Assembly (NCBI GenBank): GCA_964416155.1
Contig: CAYQCW010000014.1
Location: 1-42,455 of the forward strand
DNA length: 42,455 nt
Origin: an uncultured Nitrososphaerota archaeon
GTDB lineage: Archaea > Thermoproteota > EX4484-205 > JAAOZP01
Direction of reading: 5' to 3'
Below are positions 19,104-27,959 of the stretch, one piece after another (position 1 is the stretch's first letter; each line of letters starts with the position of its first letter). The position numbers and the translations under genes were made by a program. The notes beneath the pieces are model-generated. The model searched no databases, was not told the origin of the DNA, and saw only the letters and a program-made list of their open reading frames with translations.

Positions 19104-20111
19104 TCAACCTCCTTTTCTCTTAAACGAGAACAGCAATAAACCGTGCATATGGCCAGTCGCTGAAAACAGGTAGGTGATGATGCTGAAGACCGGGAAGAGG
19201 AATATGTAACGCTTCTTCTCAACCCTGCTCCAGACAAGCCTCGCTACTCTTACAATAGTCAACACGGTGAAGGCAGCGAGAGAAGTTAGCATGAAAACTG
19301 TTACGAGTAAATAGAGAATGGAAAGAACGAGAAAAAGAATGATGATCCCAAACGGAAGTAGTTCAAAAACCAGTTTACGCCACTCATCGTGCTTTGCCAC
19401 GAAAAAGATTCGCCTCATACCCCCCCGGTAAGTTTTCTTCAAATAGATCCAGAGGCTTGAAGGCCTCCTGTGAAGCCAGTTTAAACCGGTGATTAAACCA
19501 GCATTGTAGCCGGCAGCCTTTACCCTCATGAACAAATCCTTGTCTTCAGCCTGCTCGAGAGACTCGTCGAAGCCCCCGGCCTTCTCTAAAGCTTCCCTCC
19601 TGTAGACCCAGGCCCAAGTAGGCTTGAAACCTCCCTTCTCCACGTTGACTTGCTGGAGTTTACTATAGACCTGCATGCAGCCGGCCAAGAAGCCTTTTCC
19701 CACGGTTAGGGAGGAACCCGTTAGGCACACGCAGCCCATCTGAGGGTCTGACTCCAGTTTTGAAACAGCCTTCTCCAAATAGTCTCTGAAATAAATGTCG
19801 TCGGCGTCAGCGAAGAAAACTATTTCCCCGTTTGAGCTTCTCCACCCAATGTTTCTTGCTTTAGACCTGCCCATGTGCGGCACCGAAACCACTCTGAAAC
19901 CCTTGCACGAGGCTTCGAGACGCTCTAAAACCTGTTTCGTACCGTCTTTCGAGCCCTCGTCGTAAACAACTATTATCTCCTTGGTAGAGTAGCTCTGCGC
20001 CATAAGGGAGCTCAGGCACTCCTCGATCGTGTCAGCATTGTTGTAGGTTATGACAATTATTGAGGCAAGAGGCTTCCCAGACATGCAGTTAAGCACCCTT
20101 ATCCTTCTCAT
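19104..20111 (-). CDS. GT2 family glycosyltransferase with C-terminal TM helices
   Basis: SIIVITYN, DEGSKDGT, FADAD and GGFDE..AEDKDL. Hydrophobic C-terminus. Likely start at MSGKPL (20084). Confidence 0.93.
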   Translation of the reverse strand: MRRIRVLNCMSGKPLASIIVITYNNADTIEECLSSLMAQSYSTKEIIVVYDEGSKDGTKQVLERLEASCKGFRVVSVPHMGRSKARNIGWRSSNGEIVFFADADDIYFRDYLEKAVSKLESDPQMGCVCLTGSSLTVGKGFLAGCMQVYSKLQQVNVEKGGFKPTWAWVYRREALEKAGGFDESLEQAEDKDLFMRVKAAGYNAGLITGLNWLHRRPSSLWIYLKKTYRGGMRRIFFVAKHDEWRKLVFELLPFGIIILFLVLSILYLLVTVFMLTSLAAFTVLTIVRVARLVWSRVEKKRYIFLFPVFSIITYLFSATGHMHGLLLFSFKRKGG

Positions 20112-21300
20112 AGGATTCGTGGATTACTTCCAACAGAATATTTTCAAACTGATTCGCCAACGCGATCCAGGAGTATTTTCCGAGAACACGCCTCCTAGCC
20201 CTCTCTCCAATTCCCCTAGCCAGATTCTTGTCATCTATAAGCCTTAGTAAGGCATTCTTTAATGCTTCAACATTCCCAGGCGGGACAAGCAGCCCAGTCA
20301 CCTCGTCCTGAACAACATCCGTTATAGGTTTCAGCAATGTGGTTACAAGGGGTTTGGCGCACGACATGTACTCCATGACCTTAAGGGGGGAGCCTATTCC
20401 GTAACGCTTCCTCAGTTCAGACTTCTCAGGATTGTAGGGTGCTACGAGAATATCAGCAGCATTAATGTATTTGGGAACATCCCTGTAGTCAACCGGCCCC
20501 GTGAAAACGTACACATTAGAGATGCCGAGTCTCCTCGTAAGATTCTTCATCTGCCGGTAGTATGGCCCAACCATCAGGAACTTTACTTCATGATGCTTCT
20601 CAAGCACTGCTTTGCTAGCCAGTATTAAATCTTCAACACCGTGCCAAGGTTGAAACGTGCCCACGTAGCCCACGACGGTAAAGCTGCTTAAGCTATACTT
20701 CTCTCTCACAATCCTCCTCTGCTCCTCGTCAGGCTTGAACAAATCCGTGTCAACAGCGGCTGTCACAATGACAACCCTGCTCCTGGGAACACCCTTGGGA
20801 AGCATGCTCTCCGTGTAAGCTAAAACCCTACTGGCTTTTTTCACAGACAAGATGCTGCACCTTGGTCCCACGAGCTCAAGAACCATGGGCCTACCGGTAA
20901 GCATGCTTGCCACCGCACCAGCGCCGAAGGATGTTTCCCTCTCAACTATGATGTCCAGATTGTTCTTCTTCACCAAGTTTGCAGTCACAATCCCGGCGTA
21001 AAGAGCGTAAACAGTGAAAAGGTAAGCCCTGTAAAACATGTCTAAAACCCCAGTTTTCCTCTGCTGCCCAACCTGCAAGTACTCTGATACCGGGGATGGG
21101 AAGAAAATGCCCCTGTATATCCTGTGCACCTTCAGCCCATCTAGTTCTTCAAACCTTTTTTGCTCCACGCGTATTCTTCTAGATACTAAGTGCACGTCGT
21201 GCCCCAGGCGGGCAAGGTTCCTGGCAAGCTCGTAGACATGGGTTGAAGCCCCCCTGAAATGTGGGACAACCACATCCACGGCAACGTAGCAAATTTTCAC
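20089..21300 (-). CDS. GT4 family glycosyltransferase
   Basis: GYVGTFQPWHG and SPLKVMEYMSCAKP. Confidence 0.95.
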   Translation of the reverse strand: MKICYVAVDVVVPHFRGASTHVYELARNLARLGHDVHLVSRRIRVEQKRFEELDGLKVHRIYRGIFFPSPVSEYLQVGQQRKTGVLDMFYRAYLFTVYALYAGIVTANLVKKNNLDIIVERETSFGAGAVASMLTGRPMVLELVGPRCSILSVKKASRVLAYTESMLPKGVPRSRVVIVTAAVDTDLFKPDEEQRRIVREKYSLSSFTVVGYVGTFQPWHGVEDLILASKAVLEKHHEVKFLMVGPYYRQMKNLTRRLGISNVYVFTGPVDYRDVPKYINAADILVAPYNPEKSELRKRYGIGSPLKVMEYMSCAKPLVTTLLKPITDVVQDEVTGLLVPPGNVEALKNALLRLIDDKNLARGIGERARRRVLGKYSWIALANQFENILLEVIHESYEKDKGA

Positions 21301-21376
21301 GGGTCAAAGTGGAGCCAGCAAGTATATTTGGTTTTTGGAGGCTCAGCGGGTATGCGTCTATAGCGCGCTAGGCGGT

Positions 21377-23449
21377 TTACTTTGCAGAACCGTTGTTCCT
21401 GCGCCTTATCGCGAAGAATGCGAATACGCTTACTCCAGCCATCGTGGTTGCCACCATCGCCAGCATCGGGTAGTTCCTACGCCATCTCGCCACAACTGTC
21501 TTCGGACCGTCCATCAGGACGGTGGCGTTTAAAGCCTGCTGTTTTACGTCCCCGCTCCAGCCGTCGAAAACCTCTGCGACCAGCTGGGGCTCAGGAGGCT
21601 TAACCCCGAAGGACGCGACTGTGCCCTCAGCATGCCAGCCGCTGCCCCACGTCTCCCCATGCTGAGAAGTAACGTTAAGGTAAAACTCCCTGGTCCAAAC
21701 AGCCCTAAGCGTGACAGGCGAGTCGACAATCATCGAGAAGCTTGCGCCATAAACGCCTTCCGGCCCCTCCCATCTTAGAAAGACTAGACGAGTCGAAGGA
21801 GACTCGTAAAGCACTGTTCCTATGGAGATGTTTACCCTTGAAGACTCGTCGTACCAGCCTGCTCCAACAGGATTGCCGTATGGAGAGTCTAAAGCGACAA
21901 GATACTGTGTTCTCCAGACAGCAGTCTGGTTCACCGGCGCCTTAACAATTAGCGTCACGTTCAAACAGTCTCCAGTGTAGCTTCCCAAGCCCTCTCCAAA
22001 CCAGTAGTTGAAAACTCTTCTGGTACCGTTGCCACAGTCTAAGACCCGAGGCTTCACAAATATGTTTACGTTTGAAGAGTCGTCACACCATCCTCCTCCC
22101 CCGGCCTCCCCGTAATTAGAGTGGACCCTCACGAGAAACTGGCGCTTCCACACGGCTTCAACAGATAATGGTGAATTAACCGTCAAGTTTATGGTTGGAG
22201 CATTCTCTCCGTTTGACCAGCCGGCGAAGACGAGCCTAGTATCCTCTCCCTTAGGTATGACTGTCGAGTTAACCGTGAGCTGCACCGTTCCCCCCGCTGA
22301 ACGCCATTCCGGGTAATGAACACTCGGGTAGGGACTTACTTGCAGAAGGTAGTGCACCTCATAGATTACTGTAAAGACTCGTGAACCTGAGGCCGTGATG
22401 TTTCTTGTCCTTTCCTGAAAACCGTCATCCCAGCCCTTAAAGATTAGACGCACACCCTCAGCGAAAACATGATCATCCTCCACGGAAACCTCGTGGACAG
22501 AGCCCTCCGTCCAGTTGAACGATACTGGCATAGTGAAGCGAGCCCCGTCGACAATCATGCTTACGTTAGCAACCTTTGAAGCGAAAACCACTTCAAACAC
22601 TCTCACGTTCACCTGGAAACTTGCGGGCTGAGACCAGCCTGAGCTTGCACCCTTAACATCGGTCGCCATAACCCTGATCATGTAGGTGCCAGGCCTGCTC
22701 CAAGAGTGGCTTAGACTGGCGACGCAGCCCGACTCCAAGAATCCCGTTGAAGATGAAGTGCCGTCCCCCCAGTCGAAAACATATCTCAAGGAGTCGCCAT
22801 CAGGGTCTGTTGTGGAAGTGCTGAACGCGTAGCTAACCCCAACATGTCCAACGCCTGGGCCAGATGGCGCGCTTGGGGTTTCAGGCGGATTGTTAACCTG
22901 CGGCTCGACTGGCGGCGGGGGAGGCGGCGGATTTTCGCCACCACCGCCACCAGAATCATCGTAGCCGCCGAAGTCAGCAGTCCAATAGTACTTGAAATAT
23001 CCTGTGGCGTTATAGGCGGTGCCGATACCTATAACCTTGAAGTTGGGGTTCAACATGATCGAGTTATGCGTAGGCGAATTCTTCCAGGCTTCGAAAACAT
23101 ACTGCGCAGTAGCTATGCCGCAGGCAATATTCTCCCCGAGAACAGTGTTATAAGTATATCCTGCTTGCCTTATCCTATCTATGAAAGTACGGCCGTCGAG
23201 GCTCGTGTGCGAGAAGTAGTTGTGGAGCGCCATGTCCTCGCTGTGAAGCTGCGCAGCCGTCGCCAAGGCACTTGAGACGCGTAAGGGTTGAAGCCCATTC
23301 TGCTGCCTGTACTCGTTTATCAGTGAAAGCAGAACATTCTTCTCACCAGCCAAGTCTGCTGTGCAGACCCGTATGGAGGAGGCTGAAACAACAGATAGAA
23401 AGAGAACAATTAAGACTAGCCTCCTCACAGAGTCATGCAGGCTGGCCAT
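21377..23449 (-). CDS. Surface protein: CAP/SCP domain, Gly/Pro linker, PKD domain, repeated GxGW beta-sandwich units, C-terminal TM
   Basis: CAP: LINEYRQQNGL..L..AAQLHSEDM..YFSH..GENIA..WKNSPTH. Linker GGGGGENPPPPPPP. PKD: DPDGD..YVFDWGDG. Repeats GGGWCD/GAGWYD/GSGWHA. TM followed by RRR. Confidence 0.9.
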   Translation of the reverse strand: MASLHDSVRRLVLIVLFLSVVSASSIRVCTADLAGEKNVLLSLINEYRQQNGLQPLRVSSALATAAQLHSEDMALHNYFSHTSLDGRTFIDRIRQAGYTYNTVLGENIACGIATAQYVFEAWKNSPTHNSIMLNPNFKVIGIGTAYNATGYFKYYWTADFGGYDDSGGGGGENPPPPPPPVEPQVNNPPETPSAPSGPGVGHVGVSYAFSTSTTDPDGDSLRYVFDWGDGTSSSTGFLESGCVASLSHSWSRPGTYMIRVMATDVKGASSGWSQPASFQVNVRVFEVVFASKVANVSMIVDGARFTMPVSFNWTEGSVHEVSVEDDHVFAEGVRLIFKGWDDGFQERTRNITASGSRVFTVIYEVHYLLQVSPYPSVHYPEWRSAGGTVQLTVNSTVIPKGEDTRLVFAGWSNGENAPTINLTVNSPLSVEAVWKRQFLVRVHSNYGEAGGGGWCDDSSNVNIFVKPRVLDCGNGTRRVFNYWFGEGLGSYTGDCLNVTLIVKAPVNQTAVWRTQYLVALDSPYGNPVGAGWYDESSRVNISIGTVLYESPSTRLVFLRWEGPEGVYGASFSMIVDSPVTLRAVWTREFYLNVTSQHGETWGSGWHAEGTVASFGVKPPEPQLVAEVFDGWSGDVKQQALNATVLMDGPKTVVARWRRNYPMLAMVATTMAGVSVFAFFAIRRRNNGSAK

Positions 23450-23517
23450 CTGGAAGAGAAAGGCTACGCCACTATTTAACCCTATTATTGTAGTTTAGAA
23501 AAATGACGTAGATTTTT

Positions 23518-24228
23518 TTAATTCGCTTTTAAACGCCTCTTCAGGAGAAGATACGAGACTAGGGAGAGCGACGCGATTGCTGGAACCCCCTCGCCGAACT
23601 CAGGCACTCCGTCCCCGCCGCTAGGTATCCGGTACTCGAAGATTAACTTTTGATATTCTCTGCAACCTTTTGGTTCCTGCGCATCCACTAGCACCGCAAC
23701 TATCTGACCCGGACCCGGAGTGAAACCGGAATGACTTGCTGAAGCGGAAGCTAGAGCATCAGCCGCAGACTCTTCCGAGTCATTAAGAGACAAATTGCCA
23801 CGATCCTCTATCCCCCCGGGACCGTCCCATGGAAGCGATGGGTAAATGACGCGCCATATGGCTCCCTGCTTGACCTTCCAGTTCTCATGCTTATTGTTTA
23901 AAATCCAGTTTATCCTACCCCAGTAATCTTCCGTCGTAAGCTTTACGGTCAAATCAGCGTAATACCATGTATTTAGATTAATCGTATGATACAGGTCGAC
24001 GCACCATCCCGGAAAGTCGCCGAATGAAGGCAGAGGAATAGTTTTGTCATCGTCTACTATAACTCTGAAGTAGCAATCAGCAGCACCAGGCCAACCAGCA
24101 GGCCTGTATAATTTCACGTAGGCGTAATCCGGAACACCGTATGGGCCTGCAGCAACACCTATTACGAATAATCCTACAAGCGTTAAAAGGAGTATTAACC
24201 TTATTCTCGTGACTGTAGCTTTATCCAT
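23518..24228 (-). CDS. PEF-CTERM-like surface protein with putative Cys-Gln thioester domain
   Basis: Signal peptide. GWCVD (Cys76), KQGAIW (Gln121) and YQKLI. C-terminus GVPEFGEGVPAIASLSLVSYLLLKRR. Confidence 0.85.
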   Translation of the reverse strand: MDKATVTRIRLILLLTLVGLFVIGVAAGPYGVPDYAYVKLYRPAGWPGAADCYFRVIVDDDKTIPLPSFGDFPGWCVDLYHTINLNTWYYADLTVKLTTEDYWGRINWILNNKHENWKVKQGAIWRVIYPSLPWDGPGGIEDRGNLSLNDSEESAADALASASASHSGFTPGPGQIVAVLVDAQEPKGCREYQKLIFEYRIPSGGDGVPEFGEGVPAIASLSLVSYLLLKRRLKAN

Positions 24229-24261
24229 TATTCTTCAACTGCTTCTTTTTTATAGATAAAA

Positions 24262-24310
24262 TATTTAAGCATTATGGATTTTAGATACTGTTCATATATT
24301 TCAAATATAT
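24262..24310 (-). promoter_or_regulatory. TATA box plus tandem 17-bp palindromic sites (module 2)
   Basis: + strand reads TATTTAAG (24262-24269), catt, ATGGATTTTAGATACTG (24274-24290), then the perfect palindrome ATATATTT-C-AAATATAT (24294-24310). Confidence 0.75.
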
Positions 24311-24425
24311 TAATGGCGTGCATTTTGCGATATGCGGGTTTAGACAGAATGACGCAGCTCATAGCTGAGACAGTAGTAGGCGGATGCAGAGCTGGGGCTA
24401 ATGCTAAGAGATATAAACCCTTCCC

Positions 24426-24797
24426 GTGGTCTTTCTTACAGAGTTGACCTGGATATCCGCTATCGCCAGAGCGGCTGATTATGCTGCGCTACTGGTCTGC
24501 GTTTTAGTCCTGGTCTCCCTTCTCCCAGGGGTCAGCGGGATTCCGCCTTACGCATCCATCCTGTTCTACCTGCTTGTCCCAGGCTATGCTTTCGTAAGAA
24601 CCTTCCTTACCCAGATTTCGAGCATTGAGAAACTGCTGGCGCTTGTTGCGTTCAGCATAGCCATCTCAACATTCGTGAAAGTGCTTCTCGAAGTGCTTCT
24701 GGCAAGACCAGTCGTACCGGACATCGCTGTCTCAAGCTTCTTATCCATAGCTATGCTGGGACTAGCGATCATCAGGGACAGGCCCAGGTTTTCCTAG
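24426..24797 (+). CDS. Small membrane protein, DUF1616-like TM region
   Basis: About 4 TMs. LVPGYAF...IEKL...VAFSIAI pattern. TATA-like ATATAAA at about 24411. Confidence 0.65.
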   Translation: MVFLTELTWISAIARAADYAALLVCVLVLVSLLPGVSGIPPYASILFYLLVPGYAFVRTFLTQISSIEKLLALVAFSIAISTFVKVLLEVLLARPVVPDIAVSSFLSIAMLGLAIIRDRPRFS

Positions 24798-26938
24798 GGT
24801 TTAGAGACTCTCCTTATATGGGTCTCGATGAGGGAAAAGGCGGTGAAAAGGGCGGCAACAGCCAGTCCTACGGCAAGACCCGGGATTAATGAGGCTATTG
24901 TCTTGTAGGGCGTCATCTCGGCAGTCCTGATGAAACCGCTTCCAGCGGCTAGGCTGCATATTAGAAGCAGGAACGTTGCTGTTGAGCGTTTAAGGATTGG
25001 GAATAGAAATATTGGCAGGGCGGCTGCGTAAAACAGGATCTCGCCGGTGGAGAGTCCGTATACGCCTGTGACCCAGCCTCCGAAAATCCTCCCCACGCTG
25101 CTGAGAATATCCTTCGTGTAAACTATCGAAGTCCTCATTATTTCGCCCCTTGGTCCGGAGAGGAAGAAGAGCAAAGCATCGTAGAAAAGCTCGCCGCCGG
25201 TGAACGGCTCTACGATTAGGAGCGCTGCTGAAACCATGAAGACGACTAGGCCCCACCTGTCTAATTCTGACCTGCCCTTAATCGCTATTAACGCTCCCAA
25301 GATTAGGCCGAGCACGCCTGAAACAGCCCTGGGGCGTGAGCCTCCGCCGAAACCCAAGAGGCCGACTACCGTTATCTCCCTGCTTCCGCTTGTAACAGCG
25401 TGCAGTCCTACAGGCGTAGCTAGGAGGACGCTTGAAGCCATGTAGACCGCTTGAGTAAAGTAGAAAACGAAGGCAGGCAGCATGATTGCCTCAGGAAGGG
25501 CTCCAATACCCCTGCTCCTGCCAACATCTATAAGCCTTGAGGAGAGGAAGGCCAAGCCGAAGAAGACCGTGAGGAAGGAAAGGGCAGCAACAATTGCAGC
25601 CAAAGCTTTGAACAGGCCTGTTTCCAGCTTAAGGTCGAACGGGTTTTTAGCCCTAAGCCTTCGTAAAGCTCCTGAGATTTTCGCGAGAGACTCTTGGTTA
25701 AAGCCTTGGATGGAGACAACTTTCTCCCCATACTTCAGCTTCAGATCGTTAGCAAGCTCCGGGTCAGCCATGTACTCGTCTATAACGATCAGCTTAACCT
25801 GGCTCATGGCTTCCAAGGTATACTTGATCACCCTGTCTAGTGCCAGCCTTGGATAGTATGATACGAAGACAGCTTTTACAACCCCTAGGTTAGCCATTGT
25901 TTCGAACTCGCTTACAGTGTCCTGGGGACTTATCACTAGTGTTGGACCGATAGTGCTTGCCAAAGTGTTTTCTAAGGCTGACGCTGAGTATGGGGTTGCA
26001 ATAGCGTACGCTTTAAAACGCGGATCGGGACCGGCAACCAGGCTTAGGGAAACCATGAGGATGGAGCAGAGCATGTAGAGGATGAAAAGACGCTCAGCGT
26101 TAAGATTGCGGCGCACAATATTCGTCATCACACCCATCTTTTCATAGAGTTGAAGAACAGGAGCTGACGGCGTCCTTCCAAGGAAATGCGATGAGAGTAC
26201 TGCTCCACACACAATTGTGAAGAAGACTATGATCGCTAGGCTAAGCCAGTAGCTTGGCCTATAGTAAACTGTAACACTAACCGGATAAAACAGAGTATAG
26301 GTCTTAGAGTTTTCTCCCAAGGTTACTTCAGGCTTCAACGCTTGAAGCTGCGGCGAGGTTATCGATGAGACCTCGAGCGTGTCCGGTGCCTCTATCTGAA
26401 CCCTGTAGCTGACTGGTATTAATCGCGAAAAAGACGGTGGAACTAAAAATATGTCGAGCATGTTTCTACCAAGCAGGCTGAGCCCCTCAATGCTCCCCGT
26501 TATCTTTATATCGAAACCGGTTAGCCCGTCATCAAAATAAAATATCGAGATCACGTAGGCACCATATCCCAATGGTACTAGGGTCGGCTGTATTTGTCGA
26601 GCCCCATCCCTGTATGTAGCGGTCGCGTTAAAGGCTATGGAGAGCGTTGACAAGTACAATGAGAGTTGAGAACTGTTTCCAAGAGGCTCCGGGAAGTAGG
26701 CGTAGACCCTGTAGAAAAATGGATTTTCAACCTCAGGGTTGAACAGGGTGCACTCCTCAGAGAGCTTAACAAGAACCTCCACCCTCATCTCTTCTTGCGA
26801 AGAATTCTTCGGAACATCCTCCATGCTAATAGGAGAGTTTCCTGAGGAGGCATAGGGAAGAACAGTTAATGCAAAAACTATCAAGACCGTGAGAAACATC
26901 ATTGTAATTCTGCTTGGAGAAGAACTCGAGGTGTTCAA
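24794..26938 (-). CDS. Large polytopic membrane protein of unknown function (714 aa)
   Basis: Signal peptide, extracellular domain, 2 TMs, a soluble alpha/beta domain, then about 9 TMs. 4-bp overlap with the epimerase gene. Confidence 0.75.
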   Translation of the reverse strand: MNTSSSSPSRITMMFLTVLIVFALTVLPYASSGNSPISMEDVPKNSSQEEMRVEVLVKLSEECTLFNPEVENPFFYRVYAYFPEPLGNSSQLSLYLSTLSIAFNATATYRDGARQIQPTLVPLGYGAYVISIFYFDDGLTGFDIKITGSIEGLSLLGRNMLDIFLVPPSFSRLIPVSYRVQIEAPDTLEVSSITSPQLQALKPEVTLGENSKTYTLFYPVSVTVYYRPSYWLSLAIIVFFTIVCGAVLSSHFLGRTPSAPVLQLYEKMGVMTNIVRRNLNAERLFILYMLCSILMVSLSLVAGPDPRFKAYAIATPYSASALENTLASTIGPTLVISPQDTVSEFETMANLGVVKAVFVSYYPRLALDRVIKYTLEAMSQVKLIVIDEYMADPELANDLKLKYGEKVVSIQGFNQESLAKISGALRRLRAKNPFDLKLETGLFKALAAIVAALSFLTVFFGLAFLSSRLIDVGRSRGIGALPEAIMLPAFVFYFTQAVYMASSVLLATPVGLHAVTSGSREITVVGLLGFGGGSRPRAVSGVLGLILGALIAIKGRSELDRWGLVVFMVSAALLIVEPFTGGELFYDALLFFLSGPRGEIMRTSIVYTKDILSSVGRIFGGWVTGVYGLSTGEILFYAAALPIFLFPILKRSTATFLLLICSLAAGSGFIRTAEMTPYKTIASLIPGLAVGLAVAALFTAFSLIETHIRRVSKP

Positions 26939-27939
26939 TTTTCCGGCACTCTTCCTCTACCTTTCAACGTGTTGTCTAACCATTCAACGAATCTCCGAAC
27001 ACCCTCTTTTAAGCTTACCCTAGGCCTCCAGCCCAGCATCCTCTGAGCCTTAGAGTTGTCGGCAAGAGTCCTTTCGAAATCCCCCCTGTAGGACTCCAGA
27101 TACTCCGGCTTAACACCGCCTATATCCATGGTGTCAAACAGTATTTTCAACAACTCGTTTATTGAAAAAGCCTTTCCGAAGCCTATGTTAAAAACCTCCC
27201 CGGCGATCCCCTCAGTCTCAGCAGCCAGTAGCGTTGCCTCAACCACGTCTGAAACATAAGTGAAATCCCTCCTCTGCTCCCCGCTTCCATACACGACTGG
27301 ACGGTTTCCCGTAAGCATTCTGTACGCCATTGAGTATATCACTTGATCCGGCCTGCCTCTTGGACCATATACGGAGAAGTATCTTAGACACACAACGTCA
27401 ATGCCGTAGACCTCGTGGAAAGACAGGCAGTATTTCTCCCCAGCGAGCTTCGTCGCCCCATAGGGCGAGCTCGGATTTGTTGGACACGTCTCGTTAATCG
27501 GCACAATACTTGTTTTCCCAAATATTGATGAAGAAGAAGCGTAAACAATTCTTTTAACCTTCTGCTCCCGAGATGCAAGCAGCACGTTGAGAGTGCCTTC
27601 GACGTTAACACGGTGGGCTTTAACAGGATTCATATTACAATATCTTATTCCTGCTTGAGCAGCCTCGTGGAAAACCGCTTCAACCCCCTTCATAACGTTT
27701 AACAGCAACTCGTAGTTGAGAATGTCACCCCTGACTAATCGGAATTTCTCATTACCCATGTGTCTAGCCAAGTTCCTCTCCTTGCCGATGTAGAAATCGT
27801 CGAAATTGTCTAGAACCACGACTTCACAACCCTTTTCGATCAACCTGTCTACTAGGTGGGAGCCTATGAAACCCGCCCCGCCTGTAACAAGAACCCTCTT
27901 TCCAGCGAGGTCAACCAAGCTTGAAGAAACATTCGACAA
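26935..27939 (-). CDS. NAD-dependent epimerase/dehydratase (UDP-hexose/HexNAc 4-epimerase-like extended SDR)
   Basis: VTGGAGFIG, ASSSS, YGATK (YxxxK), LRYFSVYGP and RDFTYVSD. Confidence 0.93.
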   Translation of the reverse strand: MSNVSSSLVDLAGKRVLVTGGAGFIGSHLVDRLIEKGCEVVVLDNFDDFYIGKERNLARHMGNEKFRLVRGDILNYELLLNVMKGVEAVFHEAAQAGIRYCNMNPVKAHRVNVEGTLNVLLASREQKVKRIVYASSSSIFGKTSIVPINETCPTNPSSPYGATKLAGEKYCLSFHEVYGIDVVCLRYFSVYGPRGRPDQVIYSMAYRMLTGNRPVVYGSGEQRRDFTYVSDVVEATLLAAETEGIAGEVFNIGFGKAFSINELLKILFDTMDIGGVKPEYLESYRGDFERTLADNSKAQRMLGWRPRVSLKEGVRRFVEWLDNTLKGRGRVPEN

Positions 27940-27959
27940 TAATTCTTAAGGCTTTCTGT

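Noticed and set aside
22905-22955. GGC/CCA-rich low-complexity repeat
   Set aside because: Explained by the GGGGG-ENPPPPPPP coding linker between the CAP and PKD domains.
5156-23449. The three large surface proteins as archaeosortase substrates
   Set aside because: Their C-termini have a TM and basic residues but no PEF/PGF-like motif, so they are treated as ordinary TM-anchored proteins.
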